Source of the DNA: Bacteriovoracia bacterium
GTDB lineage: Bacteria; Bdellovibrionota; UBA1018; JBFWNL01
DNA length: 64,000 nucleotides
Direction of reading: 5' to 3'
NCBI GenBank assembly: GCA_050251055.1
Contig: JBFWNL010000006.1
Location: forward strand, 5,460-69,459
Part shown: positions 58,677 to 64,000 of the stretch, in pieces
How the letters are laid out: every line of letters starts with the position of its first letter
Numbering within the stretch: position 1 is the first letter of the stretch
Position numbers and translations under genes: made by a program
The notes under the pieces: generated by a model
Databases searched by the model: none
What the model saw: the letters and a program-made list of their open reading frames with translations, nothing else
Told to the model about the DNA's origin: nothing

Positions 58677-59390
58677 TTGCGAGAATCCGACCAAAATGGC
58701 ACAGTGAGCAAAATGAATTCCGGGGTCATCACCTACTGCCAACGCATGGATGCGAAGGGCTGGGTAGCCAATCACGACGGCAATATCTCTCTGCGTCAAG
58801 GTGAAGAGTTTCTCATCACGCCCGGCGCCCGCGCAAAGTTTGATGTGTTGAAGGAAGAAGACCTCGTCGTCGTGGACGCGAAGGGCCAGAAGGTTCGCGG
58901 CAAAGGTTCTCCATTTTCAGAGTTCGCTGTCCATCAAAGAATTTACCAAGCCCGTCCTGACGTGATGGCCGTGGTGCACGCGCACCCGCCGCACGCGATG
59001 GCCGTGGGATGCGCCAATCAGGAAATGTTGACGACCGCCGTGCCCGAAGCGGTAGTGAGTATCGGTCCGGGCGTGCCGTTGGTTGGACTGTGTCTCCCCA
59101 ACTCCGATGCGCTCTGGTCGGAGCTCGACAAGCTCCTGCCCCATTACAATGTCGTGATGGTAGGGGGAAACGGGGTTTTCAGCTGGGGCAAGGATCTGGA
59201 GCAAGCGTATTTACGTTTGGAGCTGGTAGAGCACCTGGCTTCAATTCTGCTGAAGTCTTTACCCTTGGGCGGTCCGAAACTTTTGGCGTCGTCCGACGTG
59301 GTCACGCTCCTGAAAAAGCGCGAGGCCGCAGGCTTGGCTTTGCCGCCGGATCCGGCACGTCCCCATTGGTTTGGTGCGAACTTAAAGTAA
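58677..59390 (+). CDS. Class II aldolase/adducin family protein
   Basis: ANHDGNISLR is the class II aldolase N-terminal loop. HAHPPHAMAV supplies the Zn-binding His residues. The start is uncertain: ATGs lie at 58677, 58713 and 58746. Confidence 0.7.
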   Translation: MRESDQNGTVSKMNSGVITYCQRMDAKGWVANHDGNISLRQGEEFLITPGARAKFDVLKEEDLVVVDAKGQKVRGKGSPFSEFAVHQRIYQARPDVMAVVHAHPPHAMAVGCANQEMLTTAVPEAVVSIGPGVPLVGLCLPNSDALWSELDKLLPHYNVVMVGGNGVFSWGKDLEQAYLRLELVEHLASILLKSLPLGGPKLLASSDVVTLLKKREAAGLALPPDPARPHWFGANLK

Positions 59391-59400
59391 AAAGTGACGC

Positions 59401-60372
59401 GTGGAATCCCCCCGGCACGTACCGATATTAGCCGATGAAATCACCGAAAAGCTGGTAGCGGCGTTTACGGCCCTGCCCATCGATGCGCCTCCGCGTGCGC
59501 TGCTGGATTGTACTTTTGGTGGCGGAGGCCACACGGGACGTTTACTCGAGGCATTCGCCAGCGACCCACGCTTGCGGCGGCATGTCGTCGTGGGCGTCGA
59601 CCAGGATGCACGTGCGATCGAAGCCGGCCGCGCGCGCTTCCGAGACGCGATCGTCGCCGGACGGATGTACCTCATGCATTCCCGCTTCAGCCAAGCGTTG
59701 GAAAAACTCCCCCAGGTTTTGCCCGCGGAATTTCGTATTGCCGGGGGCGTGCGACTGGGAGGCTTGCTCGCAGACCTAGGGTTTTCCAGCGATCAAATTG
59801 ATGACCCGACACGCGGGTTGAGCTTCCGCGCGGACGGTCCCTTGGATATGCGGCTCGACCCCGCGCGCGGGTGGAGCTGTCGGGAATACCTTGCGCAAGT
59901 AAGCGAGGCGGAGCTCGAGCGGGTGCTTCGGGAGTTTGGCGAAGAAAAGTTTTCCAAGCGTATCGCCGCGGGGATTATTCAGTCCCGTCAAAAAAATGAC
60001 TTGCCGAAAACGACCAAAGCGCTCTCGGATATCGTTATTCGCGCGATCCCCGCGTCCGCCCGGCACGGGCGGCTGCACGCCGCGACGCGCAGCTTTCAAG
60101 CTTTGCGAATTGTCGTTAACGAAGAGTTAGAAGAACTCGACGCCTTACTTGAGCATGTTATCCTAGCATTACAGCCAGGAGGGCGCGCCGCCATCATGAG
60201 TTTTCATTCTTTGGAAGACCGCCGCGTTAAACATTTTTTTCAAGCGCAGAGCCGTGGGGACCATCCGCAGCTCGAGTTGCTGAGCAAGAAGCCAATCATC
60301 GCCAACCGCGAGGAGTGCCTGCGTAATCCCCGCGCGCGCAGCGCCAAGTTGAGGGTCGCCGCACGCGTATGA
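59401..60372 (+). CDS. rsmH: 16S rRNA (cytosine1402-N4)-methyltransferase
   Basis: It has the N-terminus HVPILADEI, the SAM-site motifs DCTFGGGGHT and DLGFSSDQID, and is 323 aa. Confidence 0.9.
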   Translation: MESPRHVPILADEITEKLVAAFTALPIDAPPRALLDCTFGGGGHTGRLLEAFASDPRLRRHVVVGVDQDARAIEAGRARFRDAIVAGRMYLMHSRFSQALEKLPQVLPAEFRIAGGVRLGGLLADLGFSSDQIDDPTRGLSFRADGPLDMRLDPARGWSCREYLAQVSEAELERVLREFGEEKFSKRIAAGIIQSRQKNDLPKTTKALSDIVIRAIPASARHGRLHAATRSFQALRIVVNEELEELDALLEHVILALQPGGRAAIMSFHSLEDRRVKHFFQAQSRGDHPQLELLSKKPIIANREECLRNPRARSAKLRVAARV

Positions 60373-60677
60373 AGACGGGGAACGGTGGAAATACGGGACG
60401 TCGACGCTGGTTGCCTTTTTGGGCGATGCCCGTGTTGATTTTCATGGCGGTGGGGACGGTCTGGCTGCGGCTTGCGATCGTGCGGACTTCTTACGAGATC
60501 GACCAAGCGGAAAAACAGCTGAAGAACCATCGCCTGAATCTAGAGCGGTTGAACCTTAGCATCGCGAAGCTGCGGGCTCCACATCGCCTGGAGTCGCTCG
60601 CGAAGACCAACTTTAAACTCAATCATCCCAGGACGGGACAAGTCGTGTACATGGAAGACTCGGGGCATGGCAATTGA
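60369..60677 (+). CDS. ftsL: Cell division protein FtsL-like
   Basis: It is 102 aa with one TM helix followed by a coiled-coil (IDQAEKQLKNHRLNLERLNLSIAKL). It lies between rsmH and ftsI and overlaps both. Confidence 0.6.
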   Translation: MKTGNGGNTGRRRWLPFWAMPVLIFMAVGTVWLRLAIVRTSYEIDQAEKQLKNHRLNLERLNLSIAKLRAPHRLESLAKTNFKLNHPRTGQVVYMEDSGHGN

Positions 60678-62763
60678 GTTTCATGACTCCGTCAAGACCC
60701 GTCTGATTTGCTTCGCCGCCATGATATCGCTGCTGGCCGCCGGAGTTTGCGCACGCGCCCTGCATGTGCAAATCATGGGTGATCCTCGGCTTGAGCGCCT
60801 CGCCGCGCGCCAGGGTCAGAGCTTCGTTTCCGTGCGGCCCAAACGGGGCGTGATTATCGACCGCAACGGCAAGCCGCTTGCCGTGAACGTCGAGACGCAA
60901 AGCCTGGCTTTCACGGAATCGAAGGAGGCCCGCAATGGACCTCCGCAAGACCGCGTGGATCGTTACGCGCTCGCGCGCACCTTATCGAAAGCGCTCGGGA
61001 TGGGGTTTCGTCCCCTCCTCCAAAAGCTGCACGCCGCGAAGGGTTTCGTCTGGATCCAACGCCACCTGACGGAAGGCCAAATCGAAGCGCTAAAAAAGGC
61101 GCGCCTGACGAACGGTTTCGGGGAGATGGCGCCCGGGATCACGCTAATTAAGGAAAATAAGCGTGTTTATCCCAATGCGGAGGTCGCCGCACACGTGTTG
61201 GGTACGGTCAATATCGACTCGGACGGACTCGAGGGAGCCGAGCTTTGGTTTAACTCGCGCCTACGGGGAAAAGACAATTCGTTCATGGAGAAGAAAGACG
61301 CTTTAGGGCGCCCGACGTTCATCGACGCGGCGGCGGCCGCGAAGATCAAGGAAGGCGAGCCGCTGCAGCTCACTTTGGATTCGGCCCTGCAGTTCGAGGT
61401 TGAAAACGCCTTGCGCGCGGCGGTTCAACGCGCGCGCGCGCGCAGCGGGTCCGTCATCGTGATGGAAGCAGTCACGGGCGAGGTTCTCGCCCTCGCCAAC
61501 CAGCCGGCTTTTGATCCCAACACCCGTGGGGTTCCCCCGGCCAACCGTCGCAACCGCGTTTTCACCGATGGCTTCGAGCCGGGCTCGACGATCAAGCCGC
61601 TCATGATGGCGCTTGGCGTGCAGCAAGGGTGGAAGGATACGGATCGATTCGACGGCGGACAGGGAAAATTCGTGCTTCAAGGGAAGACGATTTCGGAGGC
61701 CGAGTCCCACGAGAAATTCGGGTGGATCACCTTGAAGCGAATGATCCAAGTCTCGAGCAACGTGGTAGCCGCGAAAGCCGCCTTGAAGCTCGGCGCTCAA
61801 AACTACATCCAAGGGCTGCAGCGCCTGGGTTTCGGCGCGAAGAGTGGTTCCGGGTTTCCCGGAGAGATTTCGGGGTGGCTGCCGGAGGCGAAACGCACCC
61901 GGCCGCTCACGGTGGCCAACATGGGCTTCGGCCAGGGGTTGCTGGTCACGCCCATGCAGATGTTACGGGGATACGCGGCGCTCGCGAACGGGGGCTGGCT
62001 CGTGCGGCCGACGCTCGTGAAAGGCCTGGAAACGCAACTTCCGGAAGCCCCGCCGAAGCGCGTGTTTTCCCGGCACACGGTGGAAACCCTCCAGGAGTCG
62101 TTGTTGGGGGTGACCGGCGAGGGGGGAACCGGCGGCAATGCCAATGTCGAAGGGTATCGCATCGCCGGCAAGACCGGCACCGCGCAGGTGGTGGACCCTG
62201 CGACTAAGCGATATTCCACGCATCGGTATATTTCCTCTTTCATCGGGTTCGCCGTCGGCGTGGAGCCGAAGATCGTGATCTTTACTTCGATCGATGAGCC
62301 GAAGGGCGTGTACTACGCTTCCGAAACGGCGGCGCCGTTGTTTGCCGAAGTGTACAAAACCGTCGCCACGCGTTTCAGTATTCCCTCAGACCCCAAACTC
62401 GTGCTTCCCAAGCTCGCCGATACGTCGGGCAAGCGCGAGACATTGGACCAGATCCGCACGCAGGCGGCCATGCCTTCGCGCACGGTTTCGGATCGCGAGT
62501 TCATGCCGAGTCGTAAGCTCGCTTCCGACACCCCGGCCGTAGTTGCCAGCCAGCCGTCGGCCGAAGGTAAGGCGCCTCCCCCGACCGTTTTGAGAATCCC
62601 TTCGCTGAAGGGGCTTTCGCCACGCGAAGTAATGAACGTCTTTGGCGGGCATTCGGTGAAGTTGCACTTCACGGGATTTGGGTTGGTCGATCGCCAGAAT
62701 CCGCCGGAAGGCACGGTGCTGCGGCCGGGTATGCCCGTTTACGTGCGTCTGGGCGAGCCTTAG
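60667..62763 (+). CDS. ftsI: Peptidoglycan D,D-transpeptidase FtsI/PBP (class B) with a C-terminal PASTA domain
   Basis: It has the motifs STIKP (SxxK), SSN and KTGT. A C-terminal ~65 aa PASTA-like module follows a Pro/Ser linker (LRIPSLKGLSPREVMNVFGGHSVKLHFTGFGLVDRQNPPEGT). Confidence 0.85.
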   Translation: MAIEFHDSVKTRLICFAAMISLLAAGVCARALHVQIMGDPRLERLAARQGQSFVSVRPKRGVIIDRNGKPLAVNVETQSLAFTESKEARNGPPQDRVDRYALARTLSKALGMGFRPLLQKLHAAKGFVWIQRHLTEGQIEALKKARLTNGFGEMAPGITLIKENKRVYPNAEVAAHVLGTVNIDSDGLEGAELWFNSRLRGKDNSFMEKKDALGRPTFIDAAAAAKIKEGEPLQLTLDSALQFEVENALRAAVQRARARSGSVIVMEAVTGEVLALANQPAFDPNTRGVPPANRRNRVFTDGFEPGSTIKPLMMALGVQQGWKDTDRFDGGQGKFVLQGKTISEAESHEKFGWITLKRMIQVSSNVVAAKAALKLGAQNYIQGLQRLGFGAKSGSGFPGEISGWLPEAKRTRPLTVANMGFGQGLLVTPMQMLRGYAALANGGWLVRPTLVKGLETQLPEAPPKRVFSRHTVETLQESLLGVTGEGGTGGNANVEGYRIAGKTGTAQVVDPATKRYSTHRYISSFIGFAVGVEPKIVIFTSIDEPKGVYYASETAAPLFAEVYKTVATRFSIPSDPKLVLPKLADTSGKRETLDQIRTQAAMPSRTVSDREFMPSRKLASDTPAVVASQPSAEGKAPPPTVLRIPSLKGLSPREVMNVFGGHSVKLHFTGFGLVDRQNPPEGTVLRPGMPVYVRLGEP

Positions 62764-62771
62764 CCCCGATG

Positions 62772-63725
62772 TTACCAGTTTAGATTCAAGAACTCGGACA
62801 CCGCGCGCCGAAAAACCGCGTCGATCGCCGGCACTTCGTTGTGGATTTCGTGCCGAGCTCCCGCGAGCTGGATGAATTTGAAATGAGGCGCCTGTTTTTT
62901 GAGCACTTCTTGCGTGCACTCTGGTTTCACGTAACGGTCGTCGGCGCCAATCACCACTAGGCCACGGGCCGTGGAGGGAATCGGGGTCGTGCGTAGTTTT
63001 TTCGCCGCGGCCACGAGATTCGATGCGAACGCCGGTACCAGCAACGGCGACCGGGGACGGATCGGGTCGACGTGCGGATTGGCGAGGGCCTTGGCCGCGT
63101 AGAGTTCGTGCGCGGAAGTCAGGGTGCGCAGAGTGATCTCGTTGCCATGCAGGAATCCTTCCCCTACCGAAGTGCGGGGGCAGATCCCCGGAGCGATGAG
63201 GATCACCTGCGACGCCCAGCCGCGTGCGGCCATGTCGTACGCGGCGAGCCCACCGGTCGACCAGCCGATCACTACGGGGGGTTCGTTCTCCTTGGATTGC
63301 GGATGCCGGAATTTTTTCCAAACGATCTCCGCAATGGTCGAGATATGCAAGTTGGGGGTGATCGAATGCGCCACGCGCGTATGGTTCATGGTCCCGGTGG
63401 ACCCGCCTTGTCCCATGTAATCGAATGCGATCACGCGGTAGCCGGATCGAGCGAGCGCCTGGAAAAGCGAATCGTGATTCAGCATCGAGTCGCCGAGGCC
63501 TTCGAGATAGAGGACATTGCCTCGAAACGGCTGGCTCGGCGTGATGACGGCGTCGAGGTAACCCGCGCGAATCTTCACCGCGGGCACCAAGAGAGTACGG
63601 GCGTCGTAATCCAAATCTTCCAGCATCCAGCCATTCGTCGCTATGGCAGATGACGCTGGGCCTGAGGAAAACAGCGTCGCCAAGAAGAGCAGAGAGCTAA
63701 AAATCGTCCGTGGAGTATTTTTCAT
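62772..63725 (-). CDS. Secreted alpha/beta hydrolase
   Basis: It has a signal peptide (MKNTPRTIFSSLLFLATLFSSGPASSA) and the nucleophile elbow GWSTGG (GxSxG). The C-terminal G.RHEIHNE has His placed consistent with the catalytic triad. It lies antisense between ftsI and murE. Confidence 0.7.
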   Translation of the reverse strand: MKNTPRTIFSSLLFLATLFSSGPASSAIATNGWMLEDLDYDARTLLVPAVKIRAGYLDAVITPSQPFRGNVLYLEGLGDSMLNHDSLFQALARSGYRVIAFDYMGQGGSTGTMNHTRVAHSITPNLHISTIAEIVWKKFRHPQSKENEPPVVIGWSTGGLAAYDMAARGWASQVILIAPGICPRTSVGEGFLHGNEITLRTLTSAHELYAAKALANPHVDPIRPRSPLLVPAFASNLVAAAKKLRTTPIPSTARGLVVIGADDRYVKPECTQEVLKKQAPHFKFIQLAGARHEIHNEVPAIDAVFRRAVSEFLNLNW

Positions 63726-63846
63726 GCGGCGCACTGTAGATTTGTTATTGCGAAGTGTCAAACACTCTGGGGTTGATTTAGGGATCCTTTAATCACGTTA
63801 TTTCAAGCAGTTGTATTTCCGAGGGGAAGTTTGTAGCCTGGATTTC

Positions 63847-64000
63847 GTGAATTTGTTCGAACTATTCCAGGATGTCCCGCGGGATGCGCTCGTGAAGGGA
63901 GAAGTCCCCCCCGATCGTCGTTCCTCGCGGGTCCTACACGTGACTGCGGATTCTCGCCAGGTGAAGGCGGGGACGGTTTTCGTCGCGACGCCTGGGGTGA
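63847..64000 (+). CDS. murE: UDP-N-acetylmuramoyl-L-alanyl-D-glutamate--2,6-diaminopimelate ligase (5' partial; runs off the window)
   Basis: A GTG-start translation gives VNLFELFQDVPRDALVKGEVPPDRRSSRVLHVTADSRQVKAGTVFVATPG. This matches the MurE N-terminal signature (DSR.V..G.lFvA..G). Confidence 0.55.
   Translation, partial: MNLFELFQDVPRDALVKGEVPPDRRSSRVLHVTADSRQVKAGTVFVATPGV

Overview
This is a high-GC (~60%), gene-dense bacterial chromosomal segment with about 70 protein-coding genes and very short intergenic spacers, many of them 4-8 bp start/stop overlaps. I found no rRNA, tRNA, CRISPR array, transposase or integrase. Most of it is core housekeeping: the def-fmt-rpe block, ileS-lspA-lgt, priA, lepB, galU, mreB, and the start of the dcw cluster (rsmH-ftsL-ftsI, with murE running off the 3' edge). 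Two metabolic blocks stand out: a histidine-utilisation operon (hutH-hutU-hutI) and pruA with an arginase-family hydrolase nearby. The largest is a ten-gene, single-strand heme biosynthesis operon (hemA, hemC fused to a hemD-like domain, hemB, hemL, hemE, hemN, hemH, hemY) with an OmpR-type two-component system embedded between hemL and hemE. The items I think most deserve a second look are: (i) that in-operon sensor kinase/response regulator pair and the HemC-HemD fusion; (ii) an RNase HI carrying a C-terminal hybrid-binding-like domain; (iii) a ~590 aa aromatic amino acid hydroxylase catalytic domain with a ~300 aa uncharacterised C-terminal extension, co-transcribed with DUF423 and an unknown gene; (iv) a GAF (fRMsr-like) gene followed 12 bp later by a wHTH-nucleotidyltransferase gene behind an AT-rich leader; (v) a translationally coupled string of PilZ-membrane protein, tadA, unknown, permease-like and ABC ATPase; (vi) a YcgR-like PilZ gene 6 bp upstream of mreB; (vii) a PAP2/Aur1-like membrane enzyme; and (viii) several secreted or lipoprotein genes of unknown function bounded by clean hairpin terminators. 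All functional calls rest on motif-level recognition in the translated ORFs. No database search could be run, so each call should be confirmed by HMM or structure search.
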